From the NCBI GenBank assembly GCA_964371075.1, contig CAYJKN010000006.1:128592-192591 (forward strand): a stretch of DNA of 64,000 bases, in the 5' to 3' direction. Each line of letters starts with the position of its first letter. The first letter of the stretch is position 1. The notes below the pieces were generated by a model, which saw only the letters and a list, made by a program, of their open reading frames with translations, searched no databases and was not told where the DNA came from. Both the position numbers and the translations under genes were made by a program. Origin of the DNA: an uncultured Ignavibacteriaceae bacterium (GTDB lineage: Bacteria; Bacteroidota; Ignavibacteria; Ignavibacteriales; Ignavibacteriaceae). Of this stretch, positions 16,444 to 27,388 are shown one piece after another.

Positions 16444-18442
16444 CAACAGACTTCTGATTATAAATGGAATTATGGCAGTATTTTTTCTGATACTGCTTAC
16501 CAGGATAATTGTAGTTCAGGTGGTTAAGGCAGACGATTATTCATATTTTGCCAAAAAACAGCAGACAGGTGTTGAACCACTTGCCGCAAGCAGGGGATCA
16601 ATCTATGACAGAAACGGGACCATACTGGTTTACAGTAAAGATCAGGTCTCATTTTATGTGGATCCACGATTAGCGAAAAAATTCAAAAAAGATTCACTGA
16701 TTGCGAAGGTGTTAGCGGATTCAATTGGAGGGACTTATGGATTTTACAAAGGGAAGATTGATTCTGCAAAAAAGATCTTTTGCATTATAAACAAAGTTGA
16801 TGCAAAGCTCGCTCATAAACTCAAAAATGTTGTTTATGACGGTTTGATCTACACTGAAGATCCAACAAGGGTTTATGAATATGCAAGTCTGGCATCTCAT
16901 GTAATTGGATTTGTCAATTATGAAAAAACCGGGACAGACGGAATAGAAGCCACTTTTGAAAACCAACTCAAAGGTAAGGCCGGTAGTAGATTTGTTTTAA
17001 AAGACGGCACAGGGTCGGTTATGTCGGTTCTTAATGAGAACTACAAAGAAGCCCAACCGGGTCAAAACATTGTTTTAACAATCGACAGAGCACTACAAAA
17101 TGCTTTGGAGGTGGAATTGGAAGCCGGAGTTAAGGCTGCCAAAGCGGAAAATGCCACCGGCATCATTATGGACCCAAACACGGGTGAAATTCTGGCGCTT
17201 GCAAATTATTCAGGTTACGAACCGGGAAATTATAAAAAATACAGCAATGAGATAAGAAGAAACAAAGCCATATCTGATGTTTATGAGCCGGGCTCAACAT
17301 TTAAGGGTATTGCAATGGCGGGAATTCTGGATAAAAAACTTGTAACACCAGCCACTTCAATCAACACCGAAAACGGCGTTTACAATTTTATGGGCGGAAC
17401 GATAAAAGATCATCACGGTGCTGCTACCATGACAGTTAGGGAAATCCTTCGGTTCTCAAGCAACATCGGAATGGTGAAACTCTCCCAAAAAATGGATAAA
17501 GATGAGTTTTATACCTATATCAGAAGTTTTGGTTTTGGAAATTACACTTATCTTGGGTTACCCGGCGAAGTGAAGGGAAGACTTGGTTTACCTTCCGAAT
17601 GGTCGGGACCAACAAAAGGGACAATGTCTTATGGTTATGGCATCTCGGTGACGCCCATTCAACTTATAACTGCATATTCTGCTTTGATAAATGGTGGATA
17701 TCTCTACAAACCATACCTGGTGAAAGAGATCAGGGATGTAAAGGGAAATGTAACTGAAGCAAATTCGCCAAAAAGAATCAGACCTGTGATCACCGAAGAG
17801 ACCTCAAAATTGATGAGAGACCTGCTTCTTGATGTGGTTGAAAAAGGGACGGGAAAACGGGCTAAAATTGATGGGATTCAAATTGGTGGAAAAACAGGCA
17901 CTTCGCGAAAAATCGTGGATGGCAAATATTCAAAAGAGAGATATAATTCCTCTTTTGTTGGCTTTTTCCCCGCGGATAATCCAAAATACATCTGTTTGAT
18001 TCTTGTGAACACACCTAAAAGTGTGGGGATAACAGGTGGTGAAGTGGCAGCACCGGTCTTTAAAAACATTGTAAAGAGAATTATTTCGATTGATCCTTCC
18101 ATCGGGAAAAATGTAAATCTCGAAAAGCTCAATAAAGAGAACGACGAGGAAATTATAAAACCTGAGTATCAAGAAGAAGAAATTGATATCGAATCTGATA
18201 CAGAAATAGAGATTAAAAAAGTGGATTACAGATCAGTTGATCTCAATGAAATGCCAAATCTTAAAGGAGTTTCCTTAAAAGATGCAATTTCTATTATGAG
18301 AAAGCTTGGATTGGATTTCACATGTACAGGATCCGGACGGGTGGTTGAACAGAGCATTAAACCGGGCAAAAGAATTAATAAAGGTATGAAAATTCAATTG
18401 AAACTGCAGGAAAAAGCATTTTCAGGAGCTAATATTTATTAA
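16436..18442 (+). CDS. ftsI: Peptidoglycan D,D-transpeptidase FtsI (class B PBP) with C-terminal PASTA domain
   Basis: STFK, SSN and KTGT motifs. The C-terminal roughly 55 aa (MPNLKGVSLKDAISIMRKLGLDFTCTGSGRVVEQSIKPGKRINKGMKIQLKLQ) look like PASTA. Confidence 0.9.
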   Translation: MNSNRLLIINGIMAVFFLILLTRIIVVQVVKADDYSYFAKKQQTGVEPLAASRGSIYDRNGTILVYSKDQVSFYVDPRLAKKFKKDSLIAKVLADSIGGTYGFYKGKIDSAKKIFCIINKVDAKLAHKLKNVVYDGLIYTEDPTRVYEYASLASHVIGFVNYEKTGTDGIEATFENQLKGKAGSRFVLKDGTGSVMSVLNENYKEAQPGQNIVLTIDRALQNALEVELEAGVKAAKAENATGIIMDPNTGEILALANYSGYEPGNYKKYSNEIRRNKAISDVYEPGSTFKGIAMAGILDKKLVTPATSINTENGVYNFMGGTIKDHHGAATMTVREILRFSSNIGMVKLSQKMDKDEFYTYIRSFGFGNYTYLGLPGEVKGRLGLPSEWSGPTKGTMSYGYGISVTPIQLITAYSALINGGYLYKPYLVKEIRDVKGNVTEANSPKRIRPVITEETSKLMRDLLLDVVEKGTGKRAKIDGIQIGGKTGTSRKIVDGKYSKERYNSSFVGFFPADNPKYICLILVNTPKSVGITGGEVAAPVFKNIVKRIISIDPSIGKNVNLEKLNKENDEEIIKPEYQEEEIDIESDTEIEIKKVDYRSVDLNEMPNLKGVSLKDAISIMRKLGLDFTCTGSGRVVEQSIKPGKRINKGMKIQLKLQEKAFSGANIY

Positions 18443-19921
18443 ATGAGACTTAACGAAATACTGGATCACTTAACTGTTATTCAACTCACAGGCGATTTTT
18501 TCGCTAATGAGATAACAGGGATCTATTACAACTCGGCTAAAGTTACAAAAGATTCCATTTTTGTTGCCGTTAAGGGTTACAAAACTGATGGTCACCGTTT
18601 TGCCATGGATGCCTTCAGCAAAGGAGCAGCCGCAATCATTGTTGAAGACCTTCATTCAATTCCCGATGAGATTTTTAGACGGAGTGGGCAGGCTAAAATT
18701 GTTGTGGCAGACACTCGCAAAGCACTCGCTCAAATTTCAGCAGCATATTATGGATTTCCATCAAAAAAACTGAGATTGTTTGGTGTAACGGGCACAAAGG
18801 GAAAGACCACCACATCGTTTTTGATCAAAAATATTCTTAAAAAAGCGGGACACAAGACAGGTCTTATTGGCACGATTGCAAATATGATCGGTGATGAAAA
18901 AGTGCCAACCGAGCTCACAACCCCTGAATCTGTTGAATTAAATGCACTTTTTGCCCGTATGGTAAATGAAGGATGCACAGCCGCGGTAATGGAGGCATCA
19001 TCCCATTCCCTTTATCTTAAAAGGACTTTTGGACTTGATTTTGATGGAGCTGTTTTTACCAATCTTTCAAGCGAACACAGAGATTTCCATGAAACCATGG
19101 ATGATTATGCCACTGCAAAAAAATTACTTTTTGATGAGTTAAAAACGGGAGTGCCTGCGGTTTACAACATCGATGATGAGTATGGATGTTTCATCACCAA
19201 AGACACAAACGGCAGAAAAGTCAGCTTTGGTAAACTCGGCGGAAATTACCGGCTTGAGGATATCACTTTCGATTTTAGTGGAACTTCATTCACACTGGAT
19301 CACAATGGTATAAAAACCGATCTAAGAACCGCTCTGGTGGGTGAGTTTAATGCCTACAACGCTGCGGCAGCTTATGTTTTGATGGTTGAAGCTGGTTTTG
19401 ACAAAGATCTGGTAGCAGAGGGAATTGCAGAAGCACCACAAGTGGATGGCAGATTTGAACTGATAAAATCGGGAAATAAAAAAGTACTTGTAGACTATGC
19501 ACACAGCCCCGGGGCACTTGAGCAAGTGTTGATAAGCATTAACAAACTTGCAGGTGAATCGCCGATCTACACAGTGATTGGCTGTGGTGGAAACCGCGAC
19601 AAAACAAAACGACCTGTTATGGGAAGAATTGCAGCCGAAATGTCAACAGTTGCAGTAATCACAAGTGATAATCCAAGAGATGAAGACCCTGATGAGATCG
19701 TTAAAGAAGTGGTTGCAGGTATTTCGACAGATAACTTGATTGTTTGTACAGATCGCGAAGAAGCAATTAAGAGAGCAATAAACGAGAGTCCCGATAATGC
19801 AATCATACTTATTGCCGGAAAAGGGCACGAGGACTACCAGATTATTAAAGGGGTGAAATATCATTTTTCAGACCGTGAAATGACAAACAAATATCTGTTT
19901 GGCAACGGGGAGCAGAATTGA
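18443..19921 (+). CDS. murE: UDP-MurNAc-L-Ala-D-Glu:meso-DAP ligase
   Basis: GVTGTKGKTTT P-loop. DNPR motif (ITSDNPRDEDP), which is typical of meso-DAP-adding enzymes. Confidence 0.9.
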   Translation: MRLNEILDHLTVIQLTGDFFANEITGIYYNSAKVTKDSIFVAVKGYKTDGHRFAMDAFSKGAAAIIVEDLHSIPDEIFRRSGQAKIVVADTRKALAQISAAYYGFPSKKLRLFGVTGTKGKTTTSFLIKNILKKAGHKTGLIGTIANMIGDEKVPTELTTPESVELNALFARMVNEGCTAAVMEASSHSLYLKRTFGLDFDGAVFTNLSSEHRDFHETMDDYATAKKLLFDELKTGVPAVYNIDDEYGCFITKDTNGRKVSFGKLGGNYRLEDITFDFSGTSFTLDHNGIKTDLRTALVGEFNAYNAAAAYVLMVEAGFDKDLVAEGIAEAPQVDGRFELIKSGNKKVLVDYAHSPGALEQVLISINKLAGESPIYTVIGCGGNRDKTKRPVMGRIAAEMSTVAVITSDNPRDEDPDEIVKEVVAGISTDNLIVCTDREEAIKRAINESPDNAIILIAGKGHEDYQIIKGVKYHFSDREMTNKYLFGNGEQN

Positions 19922-21300
19922 TAACTGTCCGGGAAATTATTGCTGCCTCAACCAGGCCATTAAAAATTATTAATTCGGATGAAAAAACAATTTTTAATTC
20001 TGTTGTTATTGATTCCAGAAAAGTTATTCCCGGCTCATTATTCATTGCCGTTAAAGGTGAAAGATTCGACGGACACGATTTTATTCCGGAAGCTGTGGCA
20101 AGAGGAGCAAGTGGGATAGTTGTCAAAAAATCAAGAATTTCAGAATATTCTGAGAACAAGGTAATCGTTATTGGTGTCACTGATACTGAAATTGCTCTTG
20201 GTTTTATTGCCGGTGAGTGGAGAAAACACCTGAAAGCAAAAGTTATTGGTATAACCGGCAGCAATGGTAAGACCACTACAAAAGATATGCTTGCGACGAT
20301 TCTGAAAGTTAACCATAACGTAGTGGCAACTGTCGCCAATAATAACAATCACATAGGTGTTCCTCTTACGATACTTGAAGCCACCAATGAGACAGAATAT
20401 CTGGTGTGTGAAATTGGTACAAACCATCCCGGGGAAATAAAATATTCATCTTTGATAGCACAACCCGATTTTGCATTGATCACAAACATTGGTGACTCCC
20501 ATCTGGAATATCTGATAAACAGAAAAGGAGTCAGGCAAGAAAAAGAAGCCTTGTTCGCAGTGACACTTGATAGAGGTGGAAAAGTATTTCTGAACATTGA
20601 TGATCCTTTTTTAAGCCGTTTGGGATCTAAATTTCCCGATGCCATCACTGTATCGATGAAGCTTCCGGCGGATGTGACAGGGAAACTTCTCGCCTACACC
20701 GAAACCGGATTACCAATACTCCGAATTTCTTCAGGTAAAGAGTCAGTGAAAGTTGAACTACAACTTTTTGGTAAAAATAATGGACAAAACGCCCTTGGAG
20801 CTGCGGCATTGGCAATAAAATGTGGGATTCCCCTTGAGGATATTAAAACAGGGCTTGAGAGTCTCAAACCTCCAAAAGGGAGAATGAACAGATATACTCT
20901 TGATGGATTTGATCTGATTGATGATACATATAACGCAAATCCTGCGAGTATGAAGAGTGCATTTGAAACCATGGGAAGAGATTTGATCCATGAAAAAAGA
21001 GTGGTCATCCTTGGAGATATGTTCGAATTGGGAGTAAAATCCAGGGAGCGCCATGAATTTCTTGCAACACAATTGAAGACAACACGAATTAAACGGGCTT
21101 TTTTGATTGGAAGCAACATGCGCCATTTGTATAACGCTCTCAAAGGAAGCAAAATAACTGCAGAACACTTTAAGACGAAAGAAGATTTAATTCAATCACT
21201 TTCGAATTATGATTTCAGAAATTCCCTCGTACTCGTAAAAGGGTCAAGAGGAATGGAGATGGAGACTATAGTAAAATTTTTGAAAGAAAAAGGCAACTAA
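19918..21300 (+). CDS. murF: UDP-MurNAc-tripeptide:D-Ala-D-Ala ligase
   Basis: GITGSNGKTTTKD. Position after murE. TTG start overlapping the murE stop. Confidence 0.9.
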   Translation: MITVREIIAASTRPLKIINSDEKTIFNSVVIDSRKVIPGSLFIAVKGERFDGHDFIPEAVARGASGIVVKKSRISEYSENKVIVIGVTDTEIALGFIAGEWRKHLKAKVIGITGSNGKTTTKDMLATILKVNHNVVATVANNNNHIGVPLTILEATNETEYLVCEIGTNHPGEIKYSSLIAQPDFALITNIGDSHLEYLINRKGVRQEKEALFAVTLDRGGKVFLNIDDPFLSRLGSKFPDAITVSMKLPADVTGKLLAYTETGLPILRISSGKESVKVELQLFGKNNGQNALGAAALAIKCGIPLEDIKTGLESLKPPKGRMNRYTLDGFDLIDDTYNANPASMKSAFETMGRDLIHEKRVVILGDMFELGVKSRERHEFLATQLKTTRIKRAFLIGSNMRHLYNALKGSKITAEHFKTKEDLIQSLSNYDFRNSLVLVKGSRGMEMETIVKFLKEKGN

Positions 21301-22410
21301 ATGCTCTATTATTTACTCGAGTATTTGAATAAAACTTTTGATCCTCCCGGTCTCGATATGATCAAATATCTGACTTTCAGATCGGGAATAGCGGCTATTA
21401 CCGGCCTTTTTATGGCGTTTTTCTTCGCTCCGCGAATCATTAAAATGCTCCAAAAACATCAAATTGGTGAGAAAATAAAGGATTTTGGCCCCAAAACTCA
21501 CTTTAGTAAAGCCGGGACACCAACCATGGGGGGACTAATAATTCTCACCTGCGTGGTAATTCCCGTTTTGTTGTGGGGAGATATTAAAAGCACATATATC
21601 TGGTTGTTGCTTGTTGGCACCCTGTTATTGGGTGGAGTGGGATTCCTTGATGATTACCTGAAAGTAATCAAAAAGATGCCAAATGGACTGATTGCCAGAT
21701 ATAAACTGATTGGTCAGGTTTCTGTTGGATTGCTTGTTGGAAGTGTACTCTATTTTTCACCCGAATTTGCTGATGTAAGATCACTGACAACAATTCCATT
21801 TTTTAAGGATTTGAATCTTGATCTATCATATCTTTATATCCCTGCTGTGATATTTATAATAACAGCAACATCCAATGCAGTAAATCTTACAGATGGACTT
21901 GACGGGTTGGCAATTGGTCTCACGATCATTGCGATGCTGGCACTTGGAGTAATCAGTTATATCTCCGGAAATGCCATCTACTCCGATTATTTAAACATTA
22001 TCTATCTCCCCGGCTCGGGGGAATTGTCGGTTTTTATCGCTGCACTCATTGGGGCGGGGCTTGGATTCCTTTGGTTTAATTTTTATCCTGCACAGGTTTT
22101 TATGGGGGACACAGGGAGTCTTGCACTCGGTGGAGCTCTCGGGATTTTGTCGGTTATGGTTAGAAAAGAGTTGTTGTTGCCGTTTCTCGCAGGTGTTTTC
22201 TTTTTTGAGACCATCTCTGTAATCATACAGACCTCATATTTTAAATATACCAAAAGGAAATACGGAACGGGGAAAAGAGTTTTTAAGATGGCTCCAATTC
22301 ACCACCATTTTGAAGAAAAGGGGTGGGCAGAACCTAAAATTGTTGTTAGATTTTATATCATTGGCATAATCCTCGCGATCATCAGCTTAACATCGTTTAA
22401 GATAAGGTGA
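21301..22410 (+). CDS. mraY: Phospho-MurNAc-pentapeptide translocase
   Basis: NAVNLTDGLDGLA, MGDTGSLALGG, PIHHHFE. Confidence 0.95.
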   Translation: MLYYLLEYLNKTFDPPGLDMIKYLTFRSGIAAITGLFMAFFFAPRIIKMLQKHQIGEKIKDFGPKTHFSKAGTPTMGGLIILTCVVIPVLLWGDIKSTYIWLLLVGTLLLGGVGFLDDYLKVIKKMPNGLIARYKLIGQVSVGLLVGSVLYFSPEFADVRSLTTIPFFKDLNLDLSYLYIPAVIFIITATSNAVNLTDGLDGLAIGLTIIAMLALGVISYISGNAIYSDYLNIIYLPGSGELSVFIAALIGAGLGFLWFNFYPAQVFMGDTGSLALGGALGILSVMVRKELLLPFLAGVFFFETISVIIQTSYFKYTKRKYGTGKRVFKMAPIHHHFEEKGWAEPKIVVRFYIIGIILAIISLTSFKIR

Positions 22411-22414
22411 AAAA

Positions 22415-23767
22415 GTGAAGAGTTACCAAAAATTAAAAATATCGATTATTGGAGCTGCCAGAAGTGGTGAAGCCGCAGCATATCTTGCCGTAAAATGTGG
22501 TGCCACACCTTTTGTAAGCGACAAATCACCTTACGAATCGATTTCTGAAGTAGTTGACAGATTAAAACTTGCCGGAATAGAAGTTGAAACAGGTAAAAAC
22601 AGTGAGAGCGTGTTTAACTGTGACCTGATGATCGTCTCTCCCGGGGTGCCGATGGAAGCTCCTGTGGTAGTTGAAGCCCAAAAGAGGGGGATCAGGCTGA
22701 TAAGCGAAGTTGAATTTGCTTCGTCCTTGTGTAAAGGCAGAATTTTTGCAATCACCGGAACAAATGGAAAAACCACAACAACTGCACTTTTGCACCACAT
22801 TTTTAGTCTTTCAGGTATAAAGTCGTTTTCAGCGGGAAATATTGGAACTGCATTTTCAGAGATCGCACTTGAGTGTGATGAAAACTCCCTCGTTGCCCTT
22901 GAATTATCAAGTTTTCAACTCGATTTGATCGATCAATTTAAGCCTGAAGGTGCAGCAATTTTGAATATTACACCTGATCATTTAAACAGGTATGGCTACA
23001 AAATTGAAAATTATATCGCTTCAAAATACCGGATATTTATGAACCAGAGTGGAACGGATCTTTCACTTTATAATGCGGATGATCCTGTTCTAAAGGCACA
23101 TGGTTATAAAGGAGCTCTGATTGAATTCTTCTCTACAAGGAATGAAGTGAGTAACGGAACATATCTCTCGGGGAAAAGACTTGTAACGAGGATAGCCGGA
23201 AAAGTGGTTTTCTCGTGCGACACAAGTGATCTGAAGTTAAGAGGAGAGCATAATTATGCAAACGCTGCTGCAGCTATTACACTCGCTTTAAAAGCAGGTG
23301 TCCCGACAGGTATTATTAGAGACGGATTGTTCACATTTGAAGCGGTTGAACACAGGCTTGAGGCTGTGCCATCACAAGATGGAATCATTTATATAAATGA
23401 CTCAAAAGCAACAAATGTTGACTCTGTTATTTATGCGTTAAAAAGTTTTGATGCCCCGATCTATTTAATTCTGGGTGGAATTGATAAAGGAAACGACTAT
23501 AACCTGATCAAAGATCTTGTATTAAAAAATGTTAAAAAGATTTATGCAATTGGTGAATCAGCTCATAAAGTAATCGATTTTTTTGGAAAATTGCTCCCTG
23601 TCGAAAAGGTAACTTCTCTCGAAGATTGTGTACTGAAAGGACACGAGGAGGCAAATCAGGGCGATGTGGTGTTGTTATCCCCTGCCTGTGCGAGTTTTGA
23701 TATGTTTAGAAGTTATGAACACCGTGGAAAAGTTTTTAAAGAAGCAGTCAGAGAGATTGCCGGGTGA
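22415..23767 (+). CDS. murD: UDP-MurNAc-L-Ala:D-Glu ligase
   Basis: AITGTNGKTTT, DSKATN. GTG start. Confidence 0.9.
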   Translation: MKSYQKLKISIIGAARSGEAAAYLAVKCGATPFVSDKSPYESISEVVDRLKLAGIEVETGKNSESVFNCDLMIVSPGVPMEAPVVVEAQKRGIRLISEVEFASSLCKGRIFAITGTNGKTTTTALLHHIFSLSGIKSFSAGNIGTAFSEIALECDENSLVALELSSFQLDLIDQFKPEGAAILNITPDHLNRYGYKIENYIASKYRIFMNQSGTDLSLYNADDPVLKAHGYKGALIEFFSTRNEVSNGTYLSGKRLVTRIAGKVVFSCDTSDLKLRGEHNYANAAAAITLALKAGVPTGIIRDGLFTFEAVEHRLEAVPSQDGIIYINDSKATNVDSVIYALKSFDAPIYLILGGIDKGNDYNLIKDLVLKNVKKIYAIGESAHKVIDFFGKLLPVEKVTSLEDCVLKGHEEANQGDVVLLSPACASFDMFRSYEHRGKVFKEAVREIAG

Positions 23768-24906
23768 AACCTTACTCCTTCATAATTTTTGTTTGTGCAG
23801 TTCTGCTCGTGATATTTGGATCACTTCTGGTACTTAGTGCCAGCAGCACCTTTGCACAACTGAAGTTTGATAACCCTCAGGCACTATTTGCAGCGCACAT
23901 CGGGAAAGCAATTGGCGGGGTGGTCTTGATGGCAATTCTGGCAATGGTTGACTATCATCATTATAAAAAATACAGTAAGATTGTCCTTATCGGGGCTATA
24001 GTCTTATTGGTTATAACTGTATTTTTTGCCCCTGAGGTTAAGGGATCACAAAGATCTTTTACAATTGGAAGTGTATCATTTCAACCCGTTGAATTAGTAA
24101 AAATTGCACTCTTTATTCATCTTGCTGCGATGCTTGAGAGGATAGGGGATGACATAACTGATATCAAACTTGGTGTGATTAATCCTTTGATTTGGGTGGG
24201 TATTGTAGTTGTGCTCGTTTTGCTTCAGCCAAATGTCAGCAATGGTGTTTTGATCCTTGCAACCGGAATTGCAATGTTGTTTGTAGCGGGAATCAGAATA
24301 CAACACTTTTTAGCGTTTGCCGGGGGCGGCTTTGTGATGGCATTGGGTTATGCACTTTATAAACCCCATTCATTTAAAAGAATTTCCTCCCATTTGGGAG
24401 CGATTTTTGGTGATGGTGACTTCCACCCACAGGTGATGCAATCACTCTACGGGCTTGGTAGCGGCGGTGTTTTGGGTGTAGGGCTGGGACATAGTGCCCA
24501 AAGAAATCTCTTCCTCCCTGAGGCTTATGGTGATTTTATTTTTGCTGTTGCCGGGGAAGAGGCAGGGATGATTGGAACAGTTGGTGTTTTGCTTGCATAC
24601 AGTGCGATACTTGTTTGTGGGCTTATAATTGCTAAAAACGCAAAAGATAAATTTGGCAAACTTTTGGCTTTTGCAATAGCGTTTTCCATTCCTCTTTATG
24701 GTTTCGTGAATGCTGCTGTTGCCATAGGTGTCGTGCCGGTTACGGGTCTGCCGTTGCCACTCATTAGTCATGGAGGAACTGCAATAATCATCGTTTGTTC
24801 GTCAATCGGAATTTTACTGAATATTGGATTGTCGTCAAAAACGGATGAAGCAAAACAAACATCCACCAAAAAAGAAGCAAAAACATGGCAGGAACAGCCG
24901 GTATAA
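23764..24906 (+). CDS. ftsW: SEDS-family peptidoglycan glycosyltransferase FtsW
   Basis: Multi-TM protein. PEAYGDFIFAVAGEEAGMIG and PLPLISHGGTA signatures. dcw position. Confidence 0.9.
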   Translation: MKPYSFIIFVCAVLLVIFGSLLVLSASSTFAQLKFDNPQALFAAHIGKAIGGVVLMAILAMVDYHHYKKYSKIVLIGAIVLLVITVFFAPEVKGSQRSFTIGSVSFQPVELVKIALFIHLAAMLERIGDDITDIKLGVINPLIWVGIVVVLVLLQPNVSNGVLILATGIAMLFVAGIRIQHFLAFAGGGFVMALGYALYKPHSFKRISSHLGAIFGDGDFHPQVMQSLYGLGSGGVLGVGLGHSAQRNLFLPEAYGDFIFAVAGEEAGMIGTVGVLLAYSAILVCGLIIAKNAKDKFGKLLAFAIAFSIPLYGFVNAAVAIGVVPVTGLPLPLISHGGTAIIIVCSSIGILLNIGLSSKTDEAKQTSTKKEAKTWQEQPV

Positions 24907-25994
24907 GAGTTATGTTCACCGGTGGTGGAACAGGTGGACATATTTTCCCTGCAATAGCAGTTGCTGAGCAGTTGAGAGAGATGGAACCGGATACTGATAT
25001 TCTTTTTATCGGAACAAAAAAGAAGATTGAAGAGAGGGTTGTTCCGGCGGCAGGATTCAAATTTAAAAGTATCTGGATATCGGGATTTTCTAGAAAAAGT
25101 ATCAAAGAGAATCTTCTCTTTCCAATAAAATTGATGGTAAGTCTGTTTCAGGCGATTGGAATTTCAATGGGGTTTAGGCCTCAGGTTATTGTTGCAACGG
25201 GGGGATATGTTTCGGGCCCATCAGTTATTGCAGCGAGAATGATGGGGGCAAAAGTTTTACTTATAGAACCAAACAGTTATCCCGGAATCACAACCCGTTT
25301 GCTTGAAAGAAGAGCGGAAGAGATTCACCTGATGTTTAAGGATGCTGTTCAATTTTTGAGGCAACCCGAAAAACTTTTTATCACCGGGAATCCTGTAAGA
25401 AAAAGTCTTGTGTCAATAAACAGGGACGAAGCAAGAAAAAAACTTGGATTGGCTCTTGATTCAAAAGTGGTTTTTGTTGTTGGTGGAAGTCTTGGTGCAA
25501 GAGCGATTAATAAAACAATCGCCGCATCCATAAAAAGGTTTGCAGAGGAAAAAATATCGATTATCTGGCAAACAGGTGCAACATCTTTTGATGAGTTTAA
25601 ATCATTTTCATCGGAAAATGTAAAAGTTCTCTCTTTTATTGAAAATATGAACGAAGTATATGCAGCTTCCGATCTTGTGGTTGCAAGGGCAGGAGCAACA
25701 ACAATAGCAGAACTCGTTTATTTAAATAAACCGGCGGTGTTAATTCCTTTTCCATTTGCCGCAGAGAATCACCAGTTGATGAATGCAAAATCGATGGTTG
25801 AGTTGGGGACAGCGGTTTTGATTGAAGAGAAAGAAATTGATGGAAAGCTGTTTTCAGAAGTGGTTTCTCTTTTAAGTGACGGGAAGAGAATTAAAGTGAT
25901 GGTCGAAAATTTGGAAAAAGCAGGTGGCAAAGATGCTGCTTTTAAAATTGCAGGCAGAGTAATCAACGCCTGTAAATATGGAAATTTTAGTTAG
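24885..25994 (+). CDS. murG: Lipid II synthase MurG
   Basis: GGGTGGHIFPAIAVA, ARAGATTIAEL, NHQLMNA. The start may be the internal Met at 24912. Confidence 0.9.
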   Translation: MAGTAGIRVMFTGGGTGGHIFPAIAVAEQLREMEPDTDILFIGTKKKIEERVVPAAGFKFKSIWISGFSRKSIKENLLFPIKLMVSLFQAIGISMGFRPQVIVATGGYVSGPSVIAARMMGAKVLLIEPNSYPGITTRLLERRAEEIHLMFKDAVQFLRQPEKLFITGNPVRKSLVSINRDEARKKLGLALDSKVVFVVGGSLGARAINKTIAASIKRFAEEKISIIWQTGATSFDEFKSFSSENVKVLSFIENMNEVYAASDLVVARAGATTIAELVYLNKPAVLIPFPFAAENHQLMNAKSMVELGTAVLIEEKEIDGKLFSEVVSLLSDGKRIKVMVENLEKAGGKDAAFKIAGRVINACKYGNFS

Positions 25995-26002
25995 AGGATT
26001 AG

Positions 26003-27385
26003 ATGTTTTCAAAGTTTACTAAAGTGCATTTTGTTGGAATTGGTGGTATAGGAATGAGCAGTATTGCTGAAATCCTTATCTCCAAAGGTTTTACGGTTTC
26101 AGGTTCTGATAAAAACAGATCAGACACCACCGAAAGACTTGAATCTATTGGTGCAACCGTTTATGAAGGACACAGTGCAGAAAATATTAAAGATGTGGAT
26201 GTTGTAGTTTATTCATCCGCTGTAATAGAATCGAATCCTGAAGTTATGGAAGCAATCTCCAGAAACATTCCTGTGATCAAAAGATCTGAGATGCTGGCTG
26301 AAACTATGAGAATGCAGAAATACGGGATTGGTATTGCAGGAACACACGGTAAAACAACCACCACTTCGATGACGGGGCTTGTTTTAACCGAGGCGGGGAT
26401 CGACCCTACTATTATTGTGGGCGGGAAACTTTCCAGTCTTGGTGGCACGAACGCAAGACTCGGACATGGAGACTTTATTGTTGTTGAAGCTGATGAATTT
26501 GACAGAACTTTTTTGAAATTGATGCCGGCAATTGCTGCGATTACAACCCTCGAACGGGAGCATCTCGACACATACCGTGATCTTGATGACATTAAAGATG
26601 CATTTATTGAGTTCGCAAACAAAGTACCTTTTTACGGTTTTGTGGTTCTGTGTATGGATGAGCCTGCCCTGCTTGATATCAGGCCATTTATCAATAAAAG
26701 AATTATAACTTACGGGGTTACTCCTCAGGCTGATTTGAGAGCGGTTAATATTGTTCACGACGGATATAAAACCAAATACACGGTTGTTTATAACAGCAAA
26801 ACTTTGGGAGATATTACTATCGGAGTGCCCGGTCTTCACAATGTAAAAAATTCACTTGTGGCGGTTACAATTGCTCTCGAGTTAAAAGTACCATTTGAAA
26901 CAATTAAATTGGCTCTGGAACGCTTTAGCGGTGTTTACAGAAGATTTGAAGTTAAGTATGACAAAGAAATTATGGTGGTTGACGACTATGGACACCACCC
27001 AACAGAAACAACAGCGACACTTTCAGGAATTAGAGCAGGATGGCAGAGAAGACTTGTATCAGTTTTCCAACCGCACCTCTACTCCAGAACAAGAGATTTT
27101 TATCAGGAATTTGGACGGTCTTTCCTCAATTCGGATGTCTTCATCTGTACTGATATCTACCCTGCGAGAGAAGAACCGATTGAAGGAATCACGGGTGCAC
27201 TCGTTGCTGAAGCGGCAAGAAAGATGGGACACAAAAATGTCATTTTTGTCCCAAACAAAGAGGATGTTCCGGCAACCCTTTTGAAGATCACTGAACCGGG
27301 CGATATAATTGTTACCCTCGGTGCAGGAGATATCTGGAAATATGGTGAAAAGTTTGTTGAACTCTACACTTCAGAGAAGAAATAA
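26003..27385 (+). CDS. murC: UDP-MurNAc:L-Ala ligase
   Basis: FVGIGGIGMS, GIAGTHGKTTTT, DDYGHHPTE. Confidence 0.95.
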   Translation: MFSKFTKVHFVGIGGIGMSSIAEILISKGFTVSGSDKNRSDTTERLESIGATVYEGHSAENIKDVDVVVYSSAVIESNPEVMEAISRNIPVIKRSEMLAETMRMQKYGIGIAGTHGKTTTTSMTGLVLTEAGIDPTIIVGGKLSSLGGTNARLGHGDFIVVEADEFDRTFLKLMPAIAAITTLEREHLDTYRDLDDIKDAFIEFANKVPFYGFVVLCMDEPALLDIRPFINKRIITYGVTPQADLRAVNIVHDGYKTKYTVVYNSKTLGDITIGVPGLHNVKNSLVAVTIALELKVPFETIKLALERFSGVYRRFEVKYDKEIMVVDDYGHHPTETTATLSGIRAGWQRRLVSVFQPHLYSRTRDFYQEFGRSFLNSDVFICTDIYPAREEPIEGITGALVAEAARKMGHKNVIFVPNKEDVPATLLKITEPGDIIVTLGAGDIWKYGEKFVELYTSEKK

Positions 27386-27388
27386 GTT

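Noticed and set aside
19845-21168. Several 95-167-aa minus-strand ORFs inside murF (19845..20348, 20140..20427, 20349..20648, 20694..21152, 20758..21168)
   Set aside because: They overlap each other and lie antisense to a gene with clear Mur-ligase motifs. Their composition is low-complexity and none has a family signature. The same reasoning applies to antisense ORFs within murC (26209..26839), hydA, the kinases and cydA.
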